Notes: generated by a model not told the origin, from the sequence alone. Shown: positions 18,040 to 27,063, counted from the stretch's first letter. The stretch is 37,525 nucleotides of DNA from Planctomycetota bacterium (GCA_023621895.1 JAMOAF010000741.1:1-37525), one strand, 5' to 3'. Numbers and translations: made by a program.

Positions 18040-18861
18040 ATGGTTGTCGCCCCAAGCATCCAAGACTTTGACGCTGCTACAACCCGCCTGCCGGCACCGG
18101 TCGCAACTCGGATCGGCATATCCGGCGTGGCCGGGCGGCTATCGTGGCGCCCGGCGGGAGGCCTCGTCCGCAAAATCCGCCCCGCCAACAGGCCCGCGAT
18201 CTCGCTGGCTCAGCAGGCGATCGCCGCTGGCCGCCCCTTTGTCACTTCCGGCGGCACCCCGAGCCTTGGCTACAGAATCACCAAGCGGGCGATGGACCTG
18301 GCCGGGGCAATCGTGTTGCTGGCGGCGCTGTCGCCCCTGATGGCGGCCATCTTTCTTGTCCTGACCGTCACGACGAAGGGCAAGCCGCTGTTTTTCCAGA
18401 AACGGCTCGGTTGCCAGGGCAGGCCGTTTCGAATGGCGAAGTTCCGCACGATGGTCGCCGATGCCGAGACGCGGCAGGCGGCCGTGCGCAACGAGCAGGC
18501 GGGACCGGTCTTCAAGAACCGGCGCGATCCCCGCGTGACGCGATTCGGCGCACTGCTCCGCAGTGCCAGCCTCGACGAACTCCCCCAACTCGTTAACGTC
18601 TTGTTCGGGCAGATGTCGCTCGTCGGACCGCGCCCGCCGATTGCCCACGAAGTCGCCAGGTACGAGCCCTGGCAACGCCGCCGGCTGGCCGTCAAACCGG
18701 GTTTGACATGCCTCTGGCAGATCAGCGGCCGATGCGAGATCGGATTCCTCGATTGGGTGCGGATGGACCTCTGGTACATCAAGAACCGGGGGGTCTGGAC
18801 CGACCTGTGGCTCCTGGCGAAGACGCCGCTGGCCGTCCTGTCGCGCCGAGGCGCCTATTGA
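18040..18861 (+). CDS. sugar transferase (bacterial phosphoglycosyl transferase, WbaP/PglC-type Bac_transf domain)
   Basis: KRAMDLAGAIVLL...SPLMAAI TM hairpin, PLFFQKRLG, F.M.KFRTM, GPVFKN.RDPRVTRFG..LR..SLDELPQL.NVL.G.MSLVGPRP. The start is uncertain: ATG 18040 gives an 85-aa N-terminal extension. Confidence 0.85.
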   Translation: MVVAPSIQDFDAATTRLPAPVATRIGISGVAGRLSWRPAGGLVRKIRPANRPAISLAQQAIAAGRPFVTSGGTPSLGYRITKRAMDLAGAIVLLAALSPLMAAIFLVLTVTTKGKPLFFQKRLGCQGRPFRMAKFRTMVADAETRQAAVRNEQAGPVFKNRRDPRVTRFGALLRSASLDELPQLVNVLFGQMSLVGPRPPIAHEVARYEPWQRRRLAVKPGLTCLWQISGRCEIGFLDWVRMDLWYIKNRGVWTDLWLLAKTPLAVLSRRGAY

Positions 18862-19104
18862 AGATGGAGACAATCGTTCGCCGGTAGTATCCCGCGTGTT
18901 TGCGGCAGCCGAACGCTGCCGGGCGGCGCGCCCTGGCGCCCTGACGCCCGGCATAGACCCCTCGGGCCGACCCAGCGGTCCCCCCTCGTTTCACCAGTCC
19001 ACTCCCCCCTGTGACCCAACCTGAGTCTGGATCATGCGGGGCCCTTGCTTCAGATCCGCGGCTTTTTCTGCTAACATAGACTTTTGTTATCCTGGGGGGC
19101 TGAC

Positions 19105-19863
19105 GTGACCGCCAGCCGAAGAGAGTCGTCAAAGTTACCCGGCCTTGCAGCCTATCGTCGAATTATTCGATCCACCGGGGATCCGTTGAGCGAGACCCTA
19201 TCCGTGAGCAGCCCTGACGCGCATCGGCCGAACTCAACCGACCCGGGACCGCCGGATCGCGATAGCGCCGCTGCTCGAACGGAAGCGACCGATCCGGAGT
19301 CTTTGTCTAGCCAGGTTCTCGGGCAGGTCAAGGCCCGCGATCCCCAGGCCTGGACTCGAATGGTCAATCTCTACGGGCCGATGATCTACCGCTGGGCTCG
19401 AACGGCCGGGTTGCAGTCGGCGGACTCGGCCGACGTGGTGCAAGAGGTGTTTCGTGCCGTGGCGATGTATATCGCCGACCTGGATGCCGATCGCCCGACG
19501 GAGGGGTTTCGCGGCTGGCTCTGGACAATCGCCCGAAGCAAGCTCATGGACCACTTCCGCGCCCGGGCCGGCGCGCCGGCGACCGGCGAGGAAGCCCTCG
19601 AACAGACCGTCGCCCACGAACCGGAGCTGAGAGAACCCGACGATCTGAAGACCCCCTCTCCCGACGTGGCCATGGTCCATCGCGTGCTCCTGGCGATCCG
19701 GCCCGATTTCGATGACACGACCTGGGAGGCTTTCTGGCAGATGGCGGTTCAAAATCGGACCGCCGCCGAGGCGGCCGACTCGCTCGAAATGAGCCGCAGC
19801 GCGGTCCGGCAAGCGAAATACCGAGTCCTCAAGCGATTGCGCCAAGAGCTTTCGGGCGCATAG
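19105..19863 (+). CDS. RNA polymerase sigma-70 family factor, ECF-type, with N-terminal extension
   Basis: Region 2 is DPQAWTRMVNLYGPMIYRWARTAGL...ADVVQEVF. Region 4 HTH is AAEAADSLEMSRSAVRQAKYRVLKRLR. The start is uncertain (GTG 19105 after GGGGGG, or TTG 19084). Confidence 0.8.
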   Translation: MTASRRESSKLPGLAAYRRIIRSTGDPLSETLSVSSPDAHRPNSTDPGPPDRDSAAARTEATDPESLSSQVLGQVKARDPQAWTRMVNLYGPMIYRWARTAGLQSADSADVVQEVFRAVAMYIADLDADRPTEGFRGWLWTIARSKLMDHFRARAGAPATGEEALEQTVAHEPELREPDDLKTPSPDVAMVHRVLLAIRPDFDDTTWEAFWQMAVQNRTAAEAADSLEMSRSAVRQAKYRVLKRLRQELSGA

Positions 19864-19885
19864 GGACGGCCCGCCGCAAACGATC

Positions 19886-19901
19886 GCCCGGGCGCCCGGG
19901 C
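19886..19901. terminator. perfect 16-nt palindrome GCCCGGGCGCCCGGGC between the convergent sigma and GH28 genes
   Basis: Read directly. It lies in the 41-bp convergent gap. A bidirectional terminator role is inferred. Confidence 0.35.
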
Positions 19902-19904
19902 AGC

Positions 19905-21341
19905 CTATCGAGGCTTGCCGAAGCGGACCCCTTCAACGTGCTCGCCAAGGCTGAGATTGGCCGAGCCGGCCGAGAGCGGCTGGCCGAGAATCGAAACGTT
20001 CTCGAACGCCACCTCGCGAACGTCGTGCTCGGCGTCGGCGCCAACCAACTGGATCCGATAGGCGCCCGGGCTGCCTTCGAGCGTGATGTTCTTGAACTGA
20101 ATGTTGCGAATCACACCGGGCGTCTTCTTGCGCATGTACTGGTTGACCACGGGGCGGAGCCGGATGAGCTCGTTCTGGCCCTCGCCGTGGATTCTCACGT
20201 CGTCGATCATCACCTCTTCCAGCCGCATGTCCTCGCCCGGTTCGAAAAGAAACGGCGTCATCGTGAAATGGATGATGTCGAGGTTCCGCAGCGTCACGCC
20301 GCGCATCCACTCGGCCCGGCTCTCGTGGCCAAGGAGGAAGATCCGAGCGCGGTCGCACCAGAGGATCGAGTTCTCGACGGTGATCCGCTCGACGTTGCTG
20401 TTCTCGCCCTCGAACGCGAGACCCTTCAGGGCCACGCAGTCGTCGTCGCTACGGATGAAGCAGTCGGTAATCAGTACGTCCTGGCTGTTGCAGGGATTGA
20501 TGCCGTCGTCGTTCTGCACGCGGCTGTTGCAGAGCTTCACGTTGCGGATCGTCACATTCCGGCTGCCCCGGGGGACGATCGTCCAGTGCGACGACCCGCG
20601 GATCGTGATCCCGCAGAGTGTCACATTCGACCCGTAGATGCCGATCGTCACGCCGTGGGGGCCCTTGCGCCACTCGTAGTCGGAACCGTCGAGGATGCCC
20701 CGGCCGCGGATGCGGATGTTCGACCCACGCGCGATCACGGCCCCCTTGACGACCGACCCGCCGGCAAGGTAGAGCGTCTGGTTGTCGCCGATCTCGATCG
20801 CGCCGGGCTTGTGCGTGCCCGGCCCGAAATAGACCACGCCGGGATCATTCGGCCCCGGCGCGCCGGTTTCGATCGGGTTGGCAAAGAGCAGCAGGGGGCC
20901 TTTCTTGCCTTCCGGCTCGATGCTGATTTTCATCGGGCCGTCGAGCGACAGGACCAAGGTGTGGTCGTCGACCGCCTCGAGCGCGACTCCCGCCGAGGCA
21001 GGGCGGATTCGCGTCTGGCGGAGTGATCGCTTGGAGACGATCCGCACGCTCACCGGCCCGGAGGTGTCGAAATTGGCGAACGAGTAGGGCCCGCCGAAGT
21101 CCCATTGCTTGCCGGCAAAGGGTGGATCGAGCACGCGGGCCGTATAGACGTCGACCGGCTTGCCGTCGGCCCAGACCTGGTAATCTTGCGAGAGGCCCTC
21201 TTCCGGCGGCGCCGGATAGGTGACGACTTCCGCCCCGGCGATCACCGCCGCAAGGCAAGCGGCCAACAAGGCCACAAGGGTTTTGCAGAGACTCGTTGTG
21301 ACTGAGAAAGCCATTTCTTCGACGTTTCCTTTCTTCGCCAT
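19905..21341 (-). CDS. secreted glycoside hydrolase family 28-like right-handed beta-helix protein
   Basis: Signal-like N-terminus (LCKTLVALLAACLAAVIAGAEV). NDDGINPCNSQDVLITDCFIRSDDDCVALK matches the GH28 NTDG...DD..A.K catalytic region. ATG 21314 is an alternative start. Confidence 0.75.
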   Translation of the reverse strand: MAKKGNVEEMAFSVTTSLCKTLVALLAACLAAVIAGAEVVTYPAPPEEGLSQDYQVWADGKPVDVYTARVLDPPFAGKQWDFGGPYSFANFDTSGPVSVRIVSKRSLRQTRIRPASAGVALEAVDDHTLVLSLDGPMKISIEPEGKKGPLLLFANPIETGAPGPNDPGVVYFGPGTHKPGAIEIGDNQTLYLAGGSVVKGAVIARGSNIRIRGRGILDGSDYEWRKGPHGVTIGIYGSNVTLCGITIRGSSHWTIVPRGSRNVTIRNVKLCNSRVQNDDGINPCNSQDVLITDCFIRSDDDCVALKGLAFEGENSNVERITVENSILWCDRARIFLLGHESRAEWMRGVTLRNLDIIHFTMTPFLFEPGEDMRLEEVMIDDVRIHGEGQNELIRLRPVVNQYMRKKTPGVIRNIQFKNITLEGSPGAYRIQLVGADAEHDVREVAFENVSILGQPLSAGSANLSLGEHVEGVRFGKPR

Positions 21342-21360
21342 GGCGGGCTGGTTCTTGTGT

Positions 21361-21636
21361 TCAGACGAGGATCGCGTGGGCCTTGATCGCGTCGTTGCCC
21401 AGCGGCAGATGTCGCCCGTGCCATTCGATGCAGCCGAAGGGGACGTAGACGACGGGCAGTTTCCGCCCGGCGGCCTCCAACTGGGCGGGCCGCATGAACT
21501 GCATCTGCACCGCGCGGCTGAGTTGGCTGCCGTGGGCGTCTTGCCGGTCGGGCACAGCCTCCGCCTCCGCGCCTTTGGCCAGCGCCCCTCCGCTGAAGAC
21601 CACGGCGCCTGATTGGAGAAAATCGCGTCGCTGCAT
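21361..21636 (-). pseudogene. creatininase (creatinine amidohydrolase) family gene remnant: only the N-terminal ~45 residues of the domain, preceded by an RRDFL Tat-like leader
   Basis: MRPAQLEAAGRKLPVVYVPFGCIEWHGRHLPLGNDAIKAHAILV then stop. Family members are about 250 aa as I recall. The next 19 bp lead straight into the GH28 gene. Confidence 0.55.
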
Positions 21637-21713
21637 TTTGGCTGCTCCTGCTCCTTTCGAGGACGAATCGGGTTTTCCTGCCGCTTCTACGTTACCCGCT
21701 CGCGCCGCCGATG

Positions 21714-21856
21714 GATAGCCGCGCAGGTCTGCCCCGCGCTAGCGCCGCCATGACGGTTTGGGATGATAGCCGCGTGGGCTTGCCCCGCGCTAGCGCCGCC
21801 ATGACGGCCTGAGATGATAGCCGCGCAGGTCTGCCCCGCGATTGAGGCGCCATGGA
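21714..21856. repeat. about 2.8 copies of a 51-bp tandem repeat GATAGCCGCG(C/T)(A/G)GG(T/C)(C/T)TGCCCCGCGCTAGCGCCGCCATGACGG...
   Basis: Units start at 21714, 21765 and 21816. The module ATAGCCGCGTGGGCTTGCCCCG is shared with the foldback element at 24768-24790. Confidence 0.9.
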
Positions 21857-21925
21857 CACAAAATCACGGCGAGACACGGCACGCTTTGAGCGCGTACGCG
21901 CCCCGGCAGGGGCGTCACATTCCAG

Positions 21926-22133
21926 CCCAAGGCGCAGCCTTGGGGCCCGGCTGAAGGGGACGCACATCGGTGCCGGCGCGGGCGTCATGTACCGGCCCTT
22001 CAGGCCTGACCGCGGCGGATGGGGCGGGTACCCCAGGGCTGCGCCCTGGGCTGGTATGTGTTGGCCTTTCAGACCACGGGGGCCGGCCCGCCAGATCGCG
22101 CCGGCGCTGCTGCTGGTATCAGCCTTTCAGGCC
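21926..22133. repeat. cluster of short hairpin and direct repeats: CCCAAGGC-GCA-GCCTTGGG (21926-21944), CCCAGGGC-TGC-GCCCTGGG (22032-22050), and CCTT(T)CAG(G/A)CC boxes at about 21997, 22065 and 22123 with an inverted box at 21947
   Basis: Read directly. TCGCGCCGGCGCTGC is also repeated at about 22096 and 22156. Confidence 0.85.
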
Positions 22134-22428
22134 GGTCGGTCGGCAGCCCGACGGGTCGCGCCGGCGCTGCCATAAACCGAGTATCCGCGTGGGGTCGCAC
22201 CGCGCTCGGTATGCCCACCGCTCCCATTCGCCCTGCCGCCCCGCGCGTTTCGCGTGCAAACCGGTTTCGGATTGGTTAATGTACTGCTTGTCGGATCGTC
22301 TGGCGCCGGCTCGCGGCCGTCGCAGCCTGGGGCCGGACGATGGCTCGGGCCGCCCGAGCGGCCGATCGGCGTTTTCCATCCACCGGGGCGCGTCCGCGCC
22401 CTGCCAAACCGCTGAAGGAGGGGAATCG

Positions 22429-23652
22429 ATGCGGAGCGCGAAAGACCAGGTCAGCCGTCGGAGTTTTCTCAAAGGCTCGGCGGCGGGAGTCGCGGCGGCG
22501 ACCATCGTGCCGCGGCACGTTTTGGGGATGGGGGAAGAAGCCCCCAGCGAGCAATTTGGCGGCGCGCTGATCGGCTGCGGGGGCCGCGGCCGCGGCACTT
22601 TCCAGGGGCTCGGCCCCGGGGTGCGGCTGGTCGCCGAGTGCGACGTCCGGTTCAAGGGCAAGGCCGACGGAAAGACAACCTATACCGACTATCGCCGCGT
22701 GCTGGAGAGAAACGACGTCGACGTGGTGGCGATCGCCACGCATCCCGGCTGGCATGCCCTGATCTCGATCGCTGCCATGGAAGCCGGCAAGGACGTGCTC
22801 TGCGAGAAGCCGATGACCCGGTTCATCGCCGAGGGCCGCGCCGTGGCCGACGCCGAAAAACGTTTTGGCCGGATCTACCAGGTTGGCACCTACGGCCGCT
22901 TCGGCGCCAACCAGAAGGTCCGCAAAATCTTCGAGAGCGGCCTGCTCAAGCAGTGCGACACCGTCCTCATCCAGCGGGGCGGAAAGAAGGTCCGCGAGTG
23001 GAGCGGCAAAGTGGCCTACCAGGTGACCGACCCGCCCGAGTGGCTCGATTGGAACATGTATTGCGGGCCAGCGCCGCTCCGCGAGTACCAGGGCCACCGC
23101 TTCGGCGGCACGCACCGCGGCTACTGGGACTACGAGGGGGGCGGGCTGGCGGACATGGCGCACCATTCGCTCGACGGCCCCGCCTACCAGTACGGCCGCG
23201 ACCTGATCGCGCCGGTCGAGATCACGCCCCATGCCCCGCCGGCGCACCCCGAGGCCTGCGGGATGTGGGGCTGGTGCGAGCTGAAGTACGCCGACGGCCT
23301 GACGATCGTGCTCGACAGCGGCGAGTGGGGCGAGCCCTACGACCGGCTGAAACCACGCAACGAAGGCGAGCGCGAAATCCGCGGGATGCTCAGCCAGGAG
23401 GACCGGAAGAAGCTCGACGCGATGCCGGACCCCGCGCCCCTGGTCCGATTTGCCGATGCGATCCGCACGCGCCAGCAGGCCGGCGGGCACGCCGAGGCGT
23501 CGCACCGAGTGGCCATGATCTACCACCTGGCCAACATCGCCTTCCGCACCGGCAGGGTTCTGCACTTCGATCCGGTCAAGGAGGAGATCGTCGGCGATGA
23601 AGAGGCCAACCGGCTCGTCTACCAGCCGATGCGGGCGCCCTGGCACATCTGA
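22429..23652 (+). CDS. Gfo/Idh/MocA family oxidoreductase with twin-arginine (Tat) signal
   Basis: GAAGGAGGGG lies upstream of ATG 22429. Tat motif SRRSFLKGSAAGVAAATIVP. LCEKPMT family motif. The track ORF start at 21970 is an extension through repeat DNA. Confidence 0.85.
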   Translation: MRSAKDQVSRRSFLKGSAAGVAAATIVPRHVLGMGEEAPSEQFGGALIGCGGRGRGTFQGLGPGVRLVAECDVRFKGKADGKTTYTDYRRVLERNDVDVVAIATHPGWHALISIAAMEAGKDVLCEKPMTRFIAEGRAVADAEKRFGRIYQVGTYGRFGANQKVRKIFESGLLKQCDTVLIQRGGKKVREWSGKVAYQVTDPPEWLDWNMYCGPAPLREYQGHRFGGTHRGYWDYEGGGLADMAHHSLDGPAYQYGRDLIAPVEITPHAPPAHPEACGMWGWCELKYADGLTIVLDSGEWGEPYDRLKPRNEGEREIRGMLSQEDRKKLDAMPDPAPLVRFADAIRTRQQAGGHAEASHRVAMIYHLANIAFRTGRVLHFDPVKEEIVGDEEANRLVYQPMRAPWHI

Positions 23653-23697
23653 CCTTCGCGGCAAGAGACAGAACACGATCCACAAGGAGCATAACCA

Positions 23698-24552
23698 ATG
23701 GCCGTTTCCGAAAAACTCAAGAGCCTGGTCGGCGAGATGCCCGATCCGGACAGCCGGGGGATGTACACCGAGAACATCGACAAGCAGAAAATCGAGCAGG
23801 CAATCGCCCGGATCGCCGAGGGCGGCCGCGAGTCGGTCGCCGGACTGATCGAGATGCTCGGCGCGCCGGGAAGCGCCGAAAACGTCAAGCCCCATTACGC
23901 CTTGCATTGCCTGGCAAACCACGCGCTTGCCACCCACGACGAGAAAGCCCGCAAGCTCCTGGCCGAGACTCTGGCAGAGGCGCTCGGCGGCGATCGGCCA
24001 GCGCACGTCAAGGCCTTTCTCTGCCAGGAGTTGCAGTGGGCCGGGCGCAAGGAGGCCGCCGCCGCGCTGGGCAAGCTGCTCCTGGACGAGGAACTCGTCG
24101 AACCGGCTTCGATGGCCCTGGTGGCGATTCGCGACGGGGCCGCCGGCGAGTTCCGCGCCGCGCTGCCCGCCGCCCGGGGCAAGTGCCGGCTGAACATCAT
24201 CCAATCGCTTGGGGCGATCAAGGACGCCGCTTCGGCCGCCGCGCTGCGCGCGGCGCTCGCCGATCCGGACGTGGAGGTCCGAATCGCCGCCGGCTGGGGG
24301 CTTTCGCGGATGGGCGACGCGGACTCGGCCGACGCGCTGAAAAAGGCCGCCGGCGCGGAGTCGGGCTGGGAGCGGATTCAGGCGACCAAGCACTGCTTCG
24401 TGCTCGCCGAGACACTCGCCGCCGCCGGCAAGGCCAAGCAGTCCGCCGGCATCTACCGCTACTTGATGGAAACCCGCACGGACCCCAAGGAGGCCTACAT
24501 CCGCCAGGCGGCCCAGAGGGCGCTCGAGGTGGACAAGGACAGGCTCGTGTAG
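23698..24552 (+). CDS. HEAT-repeat protein
   Basis: Repeated alpha-helical units such as AAAALGKLL.DEE..V...A..AL, IIQSLGAIKDAASAAALRAALADPDVEVRIAAGWGLSRMGDADSADAL. Confidence 0.7.
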   Translation: MAVSEKLKSLVGEMPDPDSRGMYTENIDKQKIEQAIARIAEGGRESVAGLIEMLGAPGSAENVKPHYALHCLANHALATHDEKARKLLAETLAEALGGDRPAHVKAFLCQELQWAGRKEAAAALGKLLLDEELVEPASMALVAIRDGAAGEFRAALPAARGKCRLNIIQSLGAIKDAASAAALRAALADPDVEVRIAAGWGLSRMGDADSADALKKAAGAESGWERIQATKHCFVLAETLAAAGKAKQSAGIYRYLMETRTDPKEAYIRQAAQRALEVDKDRLV

Positions 24553-24617
24553 AGAATGGCGAATGTCGAATGACGAATGTCGAACTGGGAAGGTTCAAGG
24601 TTCAATTTCCAAGGGCC
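24552..24617. repeat. GAATG(N)CGAATG microsatellite-like tract followed by an AAGGTTCAAGGTTCAATTTCCAAGGGCC element
   Basis: Read directly. The second part is the reverse complement of the element at 11332-11359 with a few mismatches. Confidence 0.85.
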
Positions 24618-24721
24618 AACAGAGAGCGCGGAGCGTGGCCGGGCATCCGGACGCGAAGTGCCCGCTACACGTGCCGCGCGGGCACTGCCATCCGCTTAGC
24701 CGCCGCGGCCGCGGCCGCTGG

Positions 24722-24897
24722 CTAAATCGACCTGCGTGATTCGTGGAAAAAGCGGCTGCTATTCAGATAGCCGCGTGGGCTTGCCCCGTGCTTCGTTACG
24801 TACGGGTTGTGCCGCAGCGCAGGCGCGCCGCGGGGCAAGCCGAAAGCGGCTATCACGCTCTCATCAATTCCTCCCGGAATCACGCAAGCTCATTTAC
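24722..24897. mobile_element. foldback MITE-like element, copy B (inverted relative to copy A at 8530-8706)
   Basis: Hand alignment to the reverse complement of copy A gives about 15 differences, including two small indels, over ~176 nt. The same TIRs are present. Confidence 0.55.
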
Positions 24898-26294
24898 TCG
24901 ATCTTCTCTTCCACGAGGAACGCCTCGCCTTTTTTCACGGCGATATAGTGGAAGCGGTCGCGGTAGTCGAAAAGCAGGTTCGCGCCGGGCGGGTTCCAGA
25001 TCGACTCGTAGCGGTGGGCCGCCTCGCGCCCGTCGACCACGGTGAAGGCGCCCGTCTTGTCGAGCGCTGTGTAGGCATGGTGGCGGCCGTCGGGGCTGAA
25101 CGTCAGATAGCCGACCATCGTGTAGCGCGACTTGCGCAGAGCGTCGATCACCACGAACCGCGCCCTGCCGCTGCGCGCGATGTAGCCGAGGCTGCGGCCG
25201 TTGGGGCTGAACACGAGCGAGCCGCCGCCGATCGCGTCGAAGGCGCGCTCGATTTGGCCGTCGACCGCGACCGCTTCCGTCTGGCCGTCGCCGACCACGC
25301 AGGCCAGCCGCTTCGAGTCGGGGCTGAACAGCATCTGGGCGAGACGGTCGTGGGCGTCGCCCGGCCGGCCATCGACGACGGCCAGCCAGCGACCGGCTTT
25401 TTGCGCGGCGTAGGCCAGGCGCGCACTATTGGGGCTGAACTGGAGCGAGCCGTCGCCGATCGTGTCGTACGGCTGCTGTTTCTCTCCGTCGACGATGATC
25501 GACCAGGGGCCGCCCTTCTGCTCCTGGGCCGCGTAGGCCACGCGCTTGCCGTCGGGGCTGAAAACCAGGTCGCCGACATCGTAGCAGGGCGGCTGCTGCG
25601 AGCCGTCGACGGTCACGCGAATCTTTCCCTCGACGAGCGCGGCGAAGGCCAGCCGCTCGCCGCCGGCCGAGAAGCAGTAGCCCGTGCGGGTGCCGAGGTC
25701 GTCGAACGGGCCGAGTTCCTCTCCGTCGACCACCAGATAACACTTGGCTTCACGCATCGCCCCGTAGGCCATCCGGGCGCCGTCGGGACTGAACTCGATC
25801 AGCCCGGCGGAAACCAGGTCGCAGGGCCGTCCCGGCTGACCGCCCACCACCACCGCGCGCTTGCCGACGTCGAGCAGGGCGACGTAGGCCAGCCGGGCGC
25901 CGTCGGGGCTGAACTGGGGCGGGCCGACCCGCTCGTAGCCGGGCGACTCGCGGCCGCCGGCCACGATGCACCAGCGTTCGCCGCGCTGGGCCGCGTAAGC
26001 GAGCTGCGCGCCGCCGGGGCTGAACTGAAGCGCCGTGACGCGGTTGTAGACCGGCTGGGGCTTGCCGTCGAGAACCACGCGCTGGCCGTCGCTGGAATCG
26101 ACGTAGGCCAAGTGGCGGCCGTCGGGGCTGAGCACGGCCGACTCGTGGGCCTCCGGCGGGAATGGCCCCAGCGAGGTCTCGGTGTAGCGGCGATTGATCT
26201 CGGTCTGCGCCGGGGCAGGCCGCGCGGCCAGAGCCAACAAGCAGGTCAAGGCCACGATGCACGGGCGGTGATTCTGGGGGAGGGGGTTCGGCAT
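24894..26294 (-). CDS. secreted PD40/TolB-like beta-propeller repeat protein
   Basis: Signal peptide (IVALTCLLALAARPAPAQ). Ten repeats of about 40 aa containing (F/L)SP(D/G/N)G..LAY....., for example FSPDGARLAY and FSPDGKRVAY. ATG 26294 preferred over 26339. Confidence 0.8.
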   Translation of the reverse strand: MPNPLPQNHRPCIVALTCLLALAARPAPAQTEINRRYTETSLGPFPPEAHESAVLSPDGRHLAYVDSSDGQRVVLDGKPQPVYNRVTALQFSPGGAQLAYAAQRGERWCIVAGGRESPGYERVGPPQFSPDGARLAYVALLDVGKRAVVVGGQPGRPCDLVSAGLIEFSPDGARMAYGAMREAKCYLVVDGEELGPFDDLGTRTGYCFSAGGERLAFAALVEGKIRVTVDGSQQPPCYDVGDLVFSPDGKRVAYAAQEQKGGPWSIIVDGEKQQPYDTIGDGSLQFSPNSARLAYAAQKAGRWLAVVDGRPGDAHDRLAQMLFSPDSKRLACVVGDGQTEAVAVDGQIERAFDAIGGGSLVFSPNGRSLGYIARSGRARFVVIDALRKSRYTMVGYLTFSPDGRHHAYTALDKTGAFTVVDGREAAHRYESIWNPPGANLLFDYRDRFHYIAVKKGEAFLVEEKIE

Positions 26295-26330
26295 GCAGAC
26301 GCTCCTCGTTCTCAGACTCCGGCTTCCGCT

Positions 26331-26491
26331 GGTTCCCAAGCTCCAGCTTGGGAACCTGCCCCCAGCCCCTTTATCCTGGTTCCCAAGCTCCAGCTTGGGA
26401 ACCTGTCTTCCAGACCATGGTTTTCAATCCAGGTGCCGTTTTACAGTATGCGAGCTTCAACCGCGCGTTCCCAAGCCGGAGCTTGGGAACG
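26331..26491 (-). repeat. three copies of the GTTCCCAAGC hairpin family (26331-26356, 26378-26403, 26466-26491) between the nitroreductase stop and the propeller start
   Basis: GGTTCCCAAGC-TCCA-GCTTGGGAACC twice, and CGTTCCCAAGC-CGGA-GCTTGGGAACG once. Same family as 3899-3924. Confidence 0.9.
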
Positions 26492-26529
26492 AGATGATCG
26501 GTTGAGCCTCTGTGAACGATTGCCGCCAA

Positions 26530-27054
26530 TCAGGCGCCGTAGCGGTTGAACCACGCCCGAGTCTCAAACGGGAGTTTCTCCTTCTGCGCGACGGCCTCCG
26601 CGGGGACTCCCAGCGGCAGGACGATGCGGACGATCTTGCCGCTGGGCACGCCGAGCAGGGCGGCGAGCCGGTCGGCAACGTCGTCCAGCCTGAGCACGCC
26701 GTCGAGCCAGACGGTGGCGTAGCCCAGCGCGGTGATTGCCAGGAGCATATTTTCGACGGCCGCCGCGCAGTCCTCGGCATGAAACGAATGCCCGTAAAAG
26801 GTCGGCCGCGGATCGGTGACGCAGACGATCATCGCGCGGGCCGTCTGGCAGGCGGGCCGGTTGATGATCTCGGCGGCCTGGCGGACGAGAGCGGGGTCAT
26901 TGAGGATGACGAATGAGGTGGTCTGTTCATTCTTACCGGAAGGCGCCTGGATGCCCGCCTGAACGATTCTTCTCAAGTCTTCCTCGGGCACGGGCGCATC
27001 CGTGAACGGGCCGCGATAGCTGTGGCGTTTGCCGATCGCCTCGAAAAGTTCCAT
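26530..27054 (-). CDS. nitroreductase family protein
   Basis: MELFEAIGKRHSYRGPF...AGIQAPSGKNEQ are classic nitroreductase N-terminal motifs. 174 aa. Confidence 0.85.
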   Translation of the reverse strand: MELFEAIGKRHSYRGPFTDAPVPEEDLRRIVQAGIQAPSGKNEQTTSFVILNDPALVRQAAEIINRPACQTARAMIVCVTDPRPTFYGHSFHAEDCAAAVENMLLAITALGYATVWLDGVLRLDDVADRLAALLGVPSGKIVRIVLPLGVPAEAVAQKEKLPFETRAWFNRYGA

Positions 27055-27063
27055 GCGAGCCTC

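Noticed and set aside
21692-21988. 98-aa minus-strand ORF with repeated PARLSSQAVMAALARG peptide
   Set aside because: It is the translation of the 51-bp tandem DNA repeat. There is no start context and no signal of selection on the protein. It is treated as repeat DNA.
22276-24393. 705-aa minus-strand ORF
   Set aside because: It is antisense to two motif-supported genes (the Tat-signal Gfo/Idh/MocA oxidoreductase and the HEAT protein). The composition is that of a shadow frame.
24807-26549. 580-aa plus-strand ORF
   Set aside because: It is antisense to the PD40 propeller gene and runs through the MITE-like element and the hairpin repeats.
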